Positions 1-7,228 of a stretch of 16,001 nt of DNA are shown in pieces (the first letter of the stretch is position 1; each line of letters starts with the position of its first letter). The position numbers were made by a program, and so were the translations under genes. The notes under the pieces are model-generated. The model was not told where the DNA came from, did not search any database, and was given only the letters and a program-made list of their open reading frames with translations. This DNA is from a virus: IMG/VR virus record IMGVR_UViG_3300042888_000905. One strand, given 5' to 3'.

Positions 1-127
1 TCGTCGGTTGTCATGCAGTCGGAGGATGCTTCAGCAGACGTAACCACGTTCTACGACGCATCGCTCGGTGGCCGTCGCGACTTCTACTTCACCGTGTCCG
101 GTGTTCAGTCCGTTGAAGCAGCGTCGT
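1..127. repeat. Terminal overlap, copy A. Identical to 15875-16001, so the window is one 15,874-bp circular or circularly permuted unit plus a 127-bp overlap
   Basis: Base-by-base comparison shows 1-127 (tcgtcggttgtcatgcagtcgg...gaagcagcgtcgt) equals 15875-16001. An ORF reads in frame across the junction. Confidence 0.95.
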
Positions 128-354
128 TCTGGCGCGCCATGTGGGCTGACGCAGGTTCCGAGGTTGCGTTCGTCTACGCACCCAAGGGCAACGCGACCGC
201 CGGGGCAGACGCGCCGCACTTCACCGGAACCGTTCGTATCCCGGCAAAGGGTGCGTTCCAACTCGGTGGCGAAGCGTCGGCAGACGGCACGTTCGCATTC
301 GACGGTGTCCGCATGGACATTGTTGGCGACGTAACGCTCGACACCACACCGTAA
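1..354 (+). CDS. Major tail (tube) protein, 3' part. Same gene as 15800-16001; the full gene is 429 nt / 142 aa across the circular junction
   Basis: Frame of 15800 ATG is continuous with 1..354 (15887 corresponds to 13, offset 87 nt = 29 codons). Sits after the neck genes and before chaperone/TMP. Small beta-rich protein (LSIDGTDYWADFSSV...FYFTVSGVQ...VAFVYAPKGN). Confidence 0.6.
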   Translation, partial: SSVVMQSEDASADVTTFYDASLGGRRDFYFTVSGVQSVEAASFWRAMWADAGSEVAFVYAPKGNATAGADAPHFTGTVRIPAKGAFQLGGEASADGTFAFDGVRMDIVGDVTLDTTP

Positions 355-364
355 GGCCTGAATT

Positions 365-952
365 GTGGGTACGGTCATTGCTGGCTCTCGTGAGGGGATT
401 TATCTCCTTGAGGACACCAAAGGCCGTACCTACATCAAAGGACTGAACGAAACCCGACTCAAGTTTCTGGAGATGGGTGGAGATCGGAACCTGTTTGAAA
501 AATGGGTCAAGCAGTCCGCAATCATGGCCGCCAAAGAGGCTAGCCGAAACGCCCCGGTCATCACAGGCAGTTTGGCATTATCGGTTCGCGGTTACGCATC
601 AAAGAAAGCGTTCATCAAGAACAAAGTAACTGGCGGTGTCGATTCTCGAATGGTCTTTGGCGGTCTGGTTGTTGCAGGATCTGCAAGAGTCAGAAACGTC
701 ATTAGAGATGGCGTATCAGAACAAGTAACGACTGGTGTGCAGTACGGTCGGGCCGTCTCGATGGGAACCTACCGGGTCGCAGGTCGCGCATCACAAAACG
801 GTACGCGAGTATGGCGCACAACCGTCAGAGGAAAGAAAAACGCCTACATTGTCAAAGCACGAAACAAGATGAAGCCAGCAATGGTCAGACTCTTGAACTT
901 CCAACTCAACACATACATAAAGCAGAAAGGCTTTCAAACAAATGGACTTTGA
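365..952 (+). CDS. HK97 gp10-family neck/tail-completion protein (195 aa, GTG start)
   Basis: Motifs AAKEASRNAPVITGSLALSVRG and VQYGRAVSMGT resemble the gp10-family signature (..rnAPvdTGnLr.Si.. / veYa.yvEfGT). AAGG lies 7 nt upstream of the GTG. The position after the tube gene is atypical. Confidence 0.55.
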   Translation: MGTVIAGSREGIYLLEDTKGRTYIKGLNETRLKFLEMGGDRNLFEKWVKQSAIMAAKEASRNAPVITGSLALSVRGYASKKAFIKNKVTGGVDSRMVFGGLVVAGSARVRNVIRDGVSEQVTTGVQYGRAVSMGTYRVAGRASQNGTRVWRTTVRGKKNAYIVKARNKMKPAMVRLLNFQLNTYIKQKGFQTNGL

Positions 953-1172
953 GGACATTACCCTAGGCGAAATTGCCGAAATCGAGAACTATGCCAAGAT
1001 GCCGTTCTCGGAAATTGCCGAGGAGAAACTTGGCGTTATCAAACTGCGCATCGCCCTGGCATGGGTCATGAAGCGTCGCACCAACCCCGACTTCACCATT
1101 GCCGAAGCAGAGAAACTTACCCCGAACGATTTTGCACAGTTGTTTGGGGATGACGACACCACAAAAAAATAA
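942..1172 (+). CDS. Tail assembly chaperone, G-like product (76 aa)
   Basis: Small acidic ORF directly upstream of the tape measure gene. Ends ..aca aaa aaa taa on a slippery heptamer. Confidence 0.75.
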   Translation: MDFEDITLGEIAEIENYAKMPFSEIAEEKLGVIKLRIALAWVMKRRTNPDFTIAEAEKLTPNDFAQLFGDDDTTKK

Positions 1173-1297
1173 AGGATGACCGGGCGAAAGTTCTGGCTGC
1201 ACTTGTAGCCGGGGCGGGTCTCTCGGTCACAGAAGCAAACAACCTGACGTTGCGAGAACGTAACGCCATATTCAAATTTATGAACGGAGGCAAATAA
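942..1297 (+). CDS. Tail assembly chaperone, GT-like -1 frameshift product (76 + 42 = 118 aa; shift at 1163-1169, -1 frame read from 1169)
   Basis: After a -1 slip on A_AAA_AAA the frame reads IKDDRAKVLAALVAGAGLSVTEANNLTLRERNAIFKFMNGGK*. It stays open for 42 codons and stops at TAA 1295-1297, overlapping the TMP ATG (TAATG). This fills the otherwise non-coding 1173-1296 gap. Confidence 0.7.
1163..1169 (+). promoter_or_regulatory. Slippery heptanucleotide A_AAA_AAA for -1 programmed ribosomal frameshifting
   Basis: Seven consecutive A in X_XXY_YYZ phase with the 942 frame, immediately before its stop codon. Confidence 0.7.
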
Positions 1298-2424
1298 TGG
1301 CTGCATCAAACATGATCGTGACCCTTGCCATGAACGCCACGAAGTATGCGTCAGGCCTCCGTAAAGCAAGCCAGCAAACAACGGCGTTCGGTCGGTTCAC
1401 ATCTCGCGCGTTCGATTTAGCCAGAACCGCATTCTTGGGTTTGACGCTTGCTGGTATCCGCATGATTCCGGTACTCGCCAACATGGGTGCAGAATCGCGC
1501 AAAGCAGACATACAACTCAAGTTCATGCTTGAGAACATGCAGGGTATTAGCGCGGCGACCGATGAAACCGTCAAACGCATGGCCGCTTATGCCGACCAAG
1601 TCAACAAAGCAACTGGAATCGACGACGAACAGGTCAAAGCGGTTCAGCGTAAGTTGCTTGTATTCAAGACGTTGCGCCAGACCGCCGATGAACTGGGTGG
1701 CACGTTTGACCGGACAACTTCGGCTGCAATCGACCTCGCAGCTGCAGGATTCGGTGAGATGGAAGCCAACGCCATCAAGTTGGGCCGTGTTCTCCAAGAC
1801 CCAACTAAAAACCTGAACGCGCTTAGCCGGGCAGGTATCACATTCACGGCAGAAGAAAAAAGGAAAATTACGGCGTTGCAAGAATCGGGCAAACTGCTCG
1901 AAGCACAAAACTTGGTATTGCAATCCGTTGAGGATCGTGTCAAAGGTATCGCCGAAGCATCAGCCACACCGTTCGAGAAAATGAACGCACAGTTCCAGCA
2001 GATTGGTGATTCCATTGGTGAAGCCATGTTGCCTGCGTTGGAGAGTATGAACATGCAGGTTTCTCAATGGTTGTCTACACCACAGGGCCGTAAAGATGTG
2101 CAATTGATTGCTGACGCGTTTATCAGCGCCGCATACGGTATCAAAGAGATGGCAAAGTTTCTTGGAATTGTGCGTAACTTGCTTGACGAAATCAAACCTT
2201 TCACAGACTTGCTTGATAAGTTGGCAAAACTTGTCTTTCCAACTTACGGTTTGGTTAGCCAATTGCCCGGTGTCGGTGGCAGCAGAAATTCAGGCCCCGG
2301 CATTGTTGCAGATCGCGCGAATGCCCCAATCATCAACTTCAACGCACCCATCGACTCGGTAAGTGCCGGGCGTGAAGTGGCGCGTGTGCTGGCCGATTAC
2401 AGCCGGGCGAACGGTGCTCGCTAA
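1297..2424 (+). CDS. Tape measure protein (375 aa, unusually short)
   Basis: Follows the chaperone frameshift pair. GGAGG lies 6 nt upstream. Helical and Ala/Leu-rich with a hydrophobic segment. Core LGRVLQDPTKNLNALSRAGITFTAEEKRKITALQESGKLLEAQNLVLQ resembles the conserved TMP core motif. Confidence 0.85.
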   Translation: MAASNMIVTLAMNATKYASGLRKASQQTTAFGRFTSRAFDLARTAFLGLTLAGIRMIPVLANMGAESRKADIQLKFMLENMQGISAATDETVKRMAAYADQVNKATGIDDEQVKAVQRKLLVFKTLRQTADELGGTFDRTTSAAIDLAAAGFGEMEANAIKLGRVLQDPTKNLNALSRAGITFTAEEKRKITALQESGKLLEAQNLVLQSVEDRVKGIAEASATPFEKMNAQFQQIGDSIGEAMLPALESMNMQVSQWLSTPQGRKDVQLIADAFISAAYGIKEMAKFLGIVRNLLDEIKPFTDLLDKLAKLVFPTYGLVSQLPGVGGSRNSGPGIVADRANAPIINFNAPIDSVSAGREVARVLADYSRANGAR

Positions 2425-4292
2425 TGGCGTTACCAATCATTGAGGACCCGTTATACGGTCAAATCAAAATTGAAACATCACCCTGGCAGACGACGTTATC
2501 GTGGACTGACCGCACCGCCGACTTAGTTGCAGGATTCAACTATTCACAAGGTGGTCGAGTCGGCACACCCGGATCATCACAAGTTGACGTTGGGACACTA
2601 AACGCCACATTTAAGAACCTTGCCAGCGTTCCAGCAGTCGGTGCGCTAGTGCGTATCTCATTCACAGCCGTTGCAGGTTATGCGTTTGTTGGTTATGTGC
2701 AGGATGTGTCGCAACGCATCGTGTTTGACGACTCGGTCAGTTACAACACACCAATCACGCTTACGACCTTGAATTGTGCCGACTGGGTGGGTTATGTTTC
2801 ACAATTTCAGGCGGTAGGTGTCGGCGGTCTAAGCAGTTTGTTCGCACCACAGGATAACTACACTGTTGGTTCACGAGTTCGCGCACTAAACAACATTATT
2901 GACCCGAGCAATGCCACCCAAATGATTACGGACACTGCAAGCGGTGCAACTTCAATTATTGGTGACACTGATATGGTTGGAACATTCTCTGACCATTTAG
3001 ATTTGGTTTCCGCAACCGATAACCGCTATTGGTATGCAGAAAACGTGTTGCCCACAAACCCAACAACTGGTCGCACAGGACTGATTCGTATTCGACAACT
3101 TTCTGGTGCGCCATCGTCCGGCAAGACATTTACAGATCTAGCAGGTTCAGCAGGGCAATTGCACTATACCGAGATTGATTTTCAGTCCTCGTCACAAAAC
3201 GTGGCAAACACAATCGTGCTGAACAACTCGTCGGTCATTACTGCAACTAGTGCTGCACCTCTTTTCGTACCTGCCCTGATTTCACAAATTGGTGGAGGCA
3301 ACAGGCCTAACTATTCAATCGTGAACGGTGTCGAGTTTGTTTCGGTCCCATATGAGCAAACGTGGTCAGGTTCGGATACTTCGTCGATTACGACATACGG
3401 TAATCGCGCTACCGAAATAAACACCAACTTGGCTGGTTTGGTTCAGGCCGCGAACCTCGCTAGTAATCCGTCGGCAGAATACAGCGACACTGGTTATTCC
3501 GCAGGTGCAAACGTAATCGTTCGTCGACGTAAACCAGCAGACGTTGATGCAAATTTGGTCGCTTACAGTGGTGAGTGGTCAATCCGATGCCGACAAGGTT
3601 CGGGATCACCAACCGGCACAATCCAGTTCAACGGTGCAGAAACAGACGGCACACCCATCATCCCCGGAAACGTCTACTATGCCCAAGCAAGAGCAGCTAG
3701 AGGAACCCCAGCACGATCTGATGCGCGAGCCAGAATTATCATTCGTTGGCTAGACGATTCCGAATCAATCATCTCAAGTTCGACAGGATCATATGTCAAT
3801 ATGACTGCTGGTGCGACTTGGTATCAAGTTACTGTTTCTGGTACAGCACCGGCAAGCGCATCACGCGCCCGAGTCAATGTCGAATTTAGTCGAAGCGGAG
3901 CCGGCAACATTCCGACTGGAGATATTCACTGGATGGATGCGTTGCAACTATCCGAACAAAACACGACCTATTTTGACGGTGACACAGCAGCCGACAATTC
4001 ATTTGTTTATCTTTGGACTGGTGAGGTTGGGCTGTCACCCTCGTTCAGAATCACAAACAATCTTGACGACACCATAACAACCTATCTGTCACGATTCTCA
4101 ACAACATCGAACCGAGTGACACGAATCCGATGGAATGCGCAAGAGGATTTAACAGCCGTACCGTCAATGTATGTCGGTTCGACAATCTCAATTATTTACG
4201 ACGGTACGACAACTACATACAGAATCGTCGGGATTGACGGCAACGTGGACCCCGAACGTTACATGATCGACTACTACTTGGAAAAGGTATAA
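2424..4292 (+). CDS. Minor tail / tail-tip protein (622 aa): Dit-like N-terminus plus a carbohydrate-binding-like jelly-roll region
   Basis: TAATG overlap with the TMP gene. The N-terminus (..VDVGTLNATFKNL..VGALVRISF..FVGYVQDV) fits the siphovirus distal-tail pattern. Residues ~340-520 end with the YFDGDT...YLWTGEVGLSPS motif common in phage receptor-binding or CBM-like modules. Confidence 0.6.
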   Translation: MALPIIEDPLYGQIKIETSPWQTTLSWTDRTADLVAGFNYSQGGRVGTPGSSQVDVGTLNATFKNLASVPAVGALVRISFTAVAGYAFVGYVQDVSQRIVFDDSVSYNTPITLTTLNCADWVGYVSQFQAVGVGGLSSLFAPQDNYTVGSRVRALNNIIDPSNATQMITDTASGATSIIGDTDMVGTFSDHLDLVSATDNRYWYAENVLPTNPTTGRTGLIRIRQLSGAPSSGKTFTDLAGSAGQLHYTEIDFQSSSQNVANTIVLNNSSVITATSAAPLFVPALISQIGGGNRPNYSIVNGVEFVSVPYEQTWSGSDTSSITTYGNRATEINTNLAGLVQAANLASNPSAEYSDTGYSAGANVIVRRRKPADVDANLVAYSGEWSIRCRQGSGSPTGTIQFNGAETDGTPIIPGNVYYAQARAARGTPARSDARARIIIRWLDDSESIISSSTGSYVNMTAGATWYQVTVSGTAPASASRARVNVEFSRSGAGNIPTGDIHWMDALQLSEQNTTYFDGDTAADNSFVYLWTGEVGLSPSFRITNNLDDTITTYLSRFSTTSNRVTRIRWNAQEDLTAVPSMYVGSTISIIYDGTTTTYRIVGIDGNVDPERYMIDYYLEKV

Positions 4293-4294
4293 AC

Positions 4295-4552
4295 ATGAAA
4301 GACATATTACGGCGCTTACTGCGCATCGCATCGTTCGCTCTAGGCGCTGGAATCGCTGGATTGGGTGCAGGGTCGGCTATCGGGCTTACAGTCGCCCAGA
4401 GTGCCCTTATGGGCGCGCTGACAGGTGTTCTGGGTATCTTTGGTGCGCTAGCGTTTATCTACGCTGGCAAAGGCACCGTTGACGAGGGTGACTTCAACGC
4501 CACCATCAATTCGGCCATCGAAACGGCTCGCGCGAAAGACGGCAAAAAGTGA
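4295..4552 (+). CDS. Holin-like membrane protein (85 aa, two predicted TM helices, charged C-tail)
   Basis: Hydrophobic stretches IASFALGAGIAGLGAGSAIGL and ALMGALTGVLGIFGALAFIYA, then ..ARAKDGKK. GAAAAGG RBS. Position immediately upstream of the lysin. Confidence 0.5.
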   Translation: MKDILRRLLRIASFALGAGIAGLGAGSAIGLTVAQSALMGALTGVLGIFGALAFIYAGKGTVDEGDFNATINSAIETARAKDGKK

Positions 4553-4749
4553 CGGATGGGGTGGTGGTCACTCTCGAACGGATCTACGAAAAACTTGTGG
4601 AACTTGAGATTCGACTTGGCGACCACCCCAAACAACTTGACGACCACGAGAACCGTATTCGCAATCTCGAAATGAAAGTTTGGTCATTCGCTGGAATCAG
4701 CAGCGTCGTGGCCGTAATCGCATCACTCATACTCACGAAAGTAGGCTAA
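4549..4749 (+). CDS. XhlA-like lysis accessory protein (66 aa; N-terminal coiled coil, C-terminal TM anchor; GTG start in a GTGA overlap)
   Basis: LERIYEKLVELEIRLGDHPKQLDDHENRIRNLEMKVW followed by the TM segment SFAGISSVVAVIASLILT. This architecture matches the XhlA family. Lies between the holin-like gene and the endolysin. Confidence 0.45.
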   Translation: MTDGVVVTLERIYEKLVELEIRLGDHPKQLDDHENRIRNLEMKVWSFAGISSVVAVIASLILTKVG

Positions 4750-4751
4750 CC

Positions 4752-5237
4752 ATGGCAGACACCGACCTTATCCGCCCGGTCAAAACGACCGCAATCAACG
4801 ACGACTTCGCAGCACACATCAAACGTGGCGCAGCCACTCCCGGACTCGACTACAACTGTGCTGTTGGTGAATCGGTTTGGGCATCCGATCGTGGCATTGT
4901 TGTGGCCGCGTCGAACAACCCGAACAGCGGTGCTGGCAAGCACGTTGTGATTCGTCACCGAGACGGTTCACAGACGCTTTACTACCACCTGTCTAAGGTG
5001 TTCGTCGGTAACGGCTCGCGCGTAACCCAGCGTGAGGAAATCGGCAAAACCGGAAACACCGGAACGCAAACAACAGGCCCACACTTGCACTACGCAATCA
5101 AAGACAAGTCGGGCAAATTCCTCGACCCCGAAAAAGTGTTCCGCAAAGAGAAGCGTGAGGCGCGCAAAGAAAAAGCCGCCGCCGCCGCAGTCGTGACCGA
5201 GGTTATGACACCGATGCATGAGATCATCCCCGAGTAG
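4752..5237 (+). CDS. M23-family metallopeptidase endolysin (161 aa)
   Basis: GAGKHVVIRHRDGSQTLYYHLSKVFVGNGSRVTQREEIGKTGNTGTQTTGPHLHYAI is the LytM/lysostaphin-type M23 signature, including HxH. I take the start at ATG 4752 (MADTDL..) rather than the track start 4680, which would overlap the previous gene. Confidence 0.85.
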   Translation: MADTDLIRPVKTTAINDDFAAHIKRGAATPGLDYNCAVGESVWASDRGIVVAASNNPNSGAGKHVVIRHRDGSQTLYYHLSKVFVGNGSRVTQREEIGKTGNTGTQTTGPHLHYAIKDKSGKFLDPEKVFRKEKREARKEKAAAAAVVTEVMTPMHEIIPE

Positions 5238-5263
5238 GTTCTAACCTTTCTCCCTATTCGGGT

Positions 5264-5300
5264 GGGGCAGTCGTTCTAGGGGGCGACTGCCCCTGTTTAT
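5264..5300 (+). terminator. Rho-independent terminator ending the structural/lysis operon
   Basis: Perfect 10-bp GC-rich stem GGGGCAGTCG (5264-5273) / CGACTGCCCC (5284-5293), a 10-nt loop, then TGTTTAT. Confidence 0.75.
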
Positions 5301-5301
5301 G

Positions 5302-5310
5302 TGCTATGGT
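5302..5310 (+). promoter_or_regulatory. Candidate extended -10 promoter element (TGcTATGGT) for the early module
   Basis: TG-n-TATGGT directly after the terminator and about 30 nt upstream of the first early ORF. Only a weak -35 (GCGACT). Confidence 0.25.
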
Positions 5311-5338
5311 ATGACACACCTACTAGCAGAGGAACATT

Positions 5339-5476
5339 ATGCCCAAGCAACAAGCATTCAACCTTGGTCGCACCATGACCGTCATCGCACTTATCGGTTG
5401 CCTAATATCGGCTGGGTGGGCATTGTTGCCCGGCACAATCGGTTTGGCATTGGTCTGGTATGGATCCACAGACTGA
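5339..5476 (+). CDS. Small membrane protein (45 aa), below the ORF-track size cutoff
   Basis: AGAGGAA RBS 4-5 nt upstream of the ATG. Product is MPKQQAFNLGRTMTVIALIGCLISAGWALLPGTIGLALVWYGSTD, strongly hydrophobic. Confidence 0.5.
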   Translation: MPKQQAFNLGRTMTVIALIGCLISAGWALLPGTIGLALVWYGSTD

Positions 5477-5723
5477 ACGCTGGCCACACGTTGACATAGT
5501 CCGTGAGGAACTGCGGCGACTACAAGCAGAACAAACCGTCGCCAAACAAAAAGCGCGCGCCAAACACATCGCCGAACTAAAACAACACATGACCGGGTAC
5601 GACAAGACACGCACCCGAATAGAACGTCGTACCTCCATGAGAACCTTTACTGAACGTATGCTCAAATACGGAGAAAAGGTAATCAATGAACAACGACAGA
5701 ATGGTCGCCCGGTCACAGACTGA
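5460..5723 (+). CDS. Hypothetical basic coiled-coil protein (87 aa)
   Basis: Open frame in the gene-dense + strand array, overlapping the downstream exonuclease start. No recognisable motif and a weak RBS. Confidence 0.45.
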   Translation: MDPQTERWPHVDIVREELRRLQAEQTVAKQKARAKHIAELKQHMTGYDKTRTRIERRTSMRTFTERMLKYGEKVINEQRQNGRPVTD

Positions 5724-6291
5724 CGAATGGTACAAGGCGCGCCAATACGGTGTGTCGGCTACGACCGTTGCCAAGGCCGCTTCAGGCCCTGCCGGATACG
5801 ATGCCGAACTACAAAACGCACTATTCCCAGAGGACAACGAAGTCGTCGATAACGCTTACATGAAGTTTGGGCGCGACTACGAGGAATGGATCGTCAACGG
5901 TCTGCCACTCGAATACCGCATCAAACCAAATGACTGGCTAATCCGAGGCGACGGCGACTACCGCTGGCATCTCGCAACCCCAGACGGCCTGAACGATGAT
6001 TGGTCGATTATTGCCGAAGTGAAAACGACTGGCAAAGATTGGGAAGGCAGCGCAATCCCGATTCAGTACCGCCGTCAAGTCCAATGGCAGTTGCATGTGA
6101 CCGGGGCGCAAACGTGTGTGTTCGGGTGGTTGGTTCGCGCCACTTCAGAGTCCGGCGAATTTGTTCCAGCGTGGATGGAACCCAAGCATGTCATCATGGA
6201 ACGCGACGAAGTTATGATTGCTGACCTAATCGAAGTTGCTCAACGATTCATCACCGATTTTAACAACTACAAGGAGATGCAGAATGGCTAG
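5686..6291 (+). CDS. YqaJ/lambda-Exo-like PD-(D/E)XK recombination exonuclease (201 aa)
   Basis: ..LATPDGL..IIAEVKTTG..IPIQYRRQVQWQLHVTGA.. matches the D...E.K plus QY..Q.Q.Q..VTG pattern of YqaJ-type viral recombinases. GGAGAAAAGG RBS. Confidence 0.8.
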   Translation: MNNDRMVARSQTDEWYKARQYGVSATTVAKAASGPAGYDAELQNALFPEDNEVVDNAYMKFGRDYEEWIVNGLPLEYRIKPNDWLIRGDGDYRWHLATPDGLNDDWSIIAEVKTTGKDWEGSAIPIQYRRQVQWQLHVTGAQTCVFGWLVRATSESGEFVPAWMEPKHVIMERDEVMIADLIEVAQRFITDFNNYKEMQNG

Positions 6292-6781
6292 ATTCAACCT
6301 GGCAGATTACGCCACAGTCCAAGAACGAATCGAAGCGTTCTGGAAAAAATACCCCAACGGCGCAATCATCACCAAAGACCTAACAACCGATTCCGATCGT
6401 GACCGCAAACAATGGCGCGTCTATGCCGAAGTGTATTTCGTGTTCGACGAGCTGCGACCGCGTGGCACAGGCCTCGCATTCGAGATTGACGGCGGTGCTG
6501 GGGCAAACATGACATCGGCATATGAAAACGCGGAGACCAGCGCAATCGGGCGCGCATTGGCTACAGCAAACTTCACCACATCAAAGAACCGCGCATCAAG
6601 GACAGAAATGCAGAAAGCCCAACGAGGCGCACCATCCGAGACGCAAATCACCGCAATCGACGTACAAAACGCTGCAAGCCTCGACGAACTAAACCTCCTC
6701 TGGTCACGCGCAGTCGATTCAGGCGACTCGACCAAACTGATAGCCGAATTTACGGCCAGAAAAAAAGCCCTCAATGGATAA
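6284..6781 (+). CDS. Putative single-strand annealing protein (Rad52/Sak-like), 165 aa
   Basis: AAGGAG lies 7 nt upstream of ATG 6284. Sits between the exonuclease and RusA. The segment ..TSAYENAETSAIGRALATANF.. resembles the helix-hairpin region of Rad52-type annealases. Assignment rests on synteny and a weak motif. Confidence 0.45.
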   Translation: MARFNLADYATVQERIEAFWKKYPNGAIITKDLTTDSDRDRKQWRVYAEVYFVFDELRPRGTGLAFEIDGGAGANMTSAYENAETSAIGRALATANFTTSKNRASRTEMQKAQRGAPSETQITAIDVQNAASLDELNLLWSRAVDSGDSTKLIAEFTARKKALNG

Positions 6782-7154
6782 GTTACTTCGGTTCCGAATC
6801 GACGGCAGGGCCGTACCCAAAGGCAGACCACGCATGACCAAAATGGGTGGAGTCTACACACCCAAAACAACCGTCGATTACGAAAAGTTAGTGGCCGCCG
6901 CGTGGAACGACAAATTCGGCATGCTTGCACTAAACGGTCGCCTCCGGGTAACAATCAACGTTCACACAGATCGTCACGCCAAACAAGACGTGGATAACCT
7001 CGCCAAGTCAATCCTCGACGGCATGCAACGTGCCGGGGCATTCGTAGACGGCGACGAACAAGTATATTCACTCGGCATCATCAAACACGCCAGCACAACA
7101 GATTTGGGCGTGTGGGTATCGGTCACCAAGTTTGATGACTATGATGACCAATAA
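6774..7154 (+). CDS. rusA: RusA-family Holliday junction resolvase (126 aa)
   Basis: ..IDGRAVPKGRPRMT..GVYTPKTTVDYEK.. and ..DVDNLAKSILDGM..GAFVDGDEQV.. are RusA hallmarks. Confidence 0.85.
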   Translation: MDKLLRFRIDGRAVPKGRPRMTKMGGVYTPKTTVDYEKLVAAAWNDKFGMLALNGRLRVTINVHTDRHAKQDVDNLAKSILDGMQRAGAFVDGDEQVYSLGIIKHASTTDLGVWVSVTKFDDYDDQ

Positions 7155-7179
7155 TCGCTAGCACGATTCCCCTACAACT

Positions 7180-7210
7180 TCCCCCGGTCCTGTGCTAGCA
7201 GGCCGGGGGA
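7180..7210 (+). promoter_or_regulatory. GC-rich hairpin (12 bp, one bulge) after rusA; attenuator or weak terminator candidate
   Basis: TCCCCCGG-t-CCTG / loop tgctag / CAGG-CCGGGGGA. Only TT follows the stem. An 8-bp inverted repeat GCTAGCAC (7157-7164) / GTGCTAGC (7192-7199) could form a competing structure. Confidence 0.4.
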
Positions 7211-7228
7211 TTCCAATTGGAGTCCAAC

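Noticed and set aside
1-127. Direct terminal repeat or LTR-like element
   Set aside because: The repeat sits in the middle of an uninterrupted coding frame and has no end-specific features. An assembly or circular-window overlap is the simpler explanation.
5299-5499. 66-aa track ORF just after the terminator
   Set aside because: It has no RBS and its start lies inside the terminator tail. The overlapping 45-aa frame (5339..5476) has a good SD and a coherent membrane-protein sequence.
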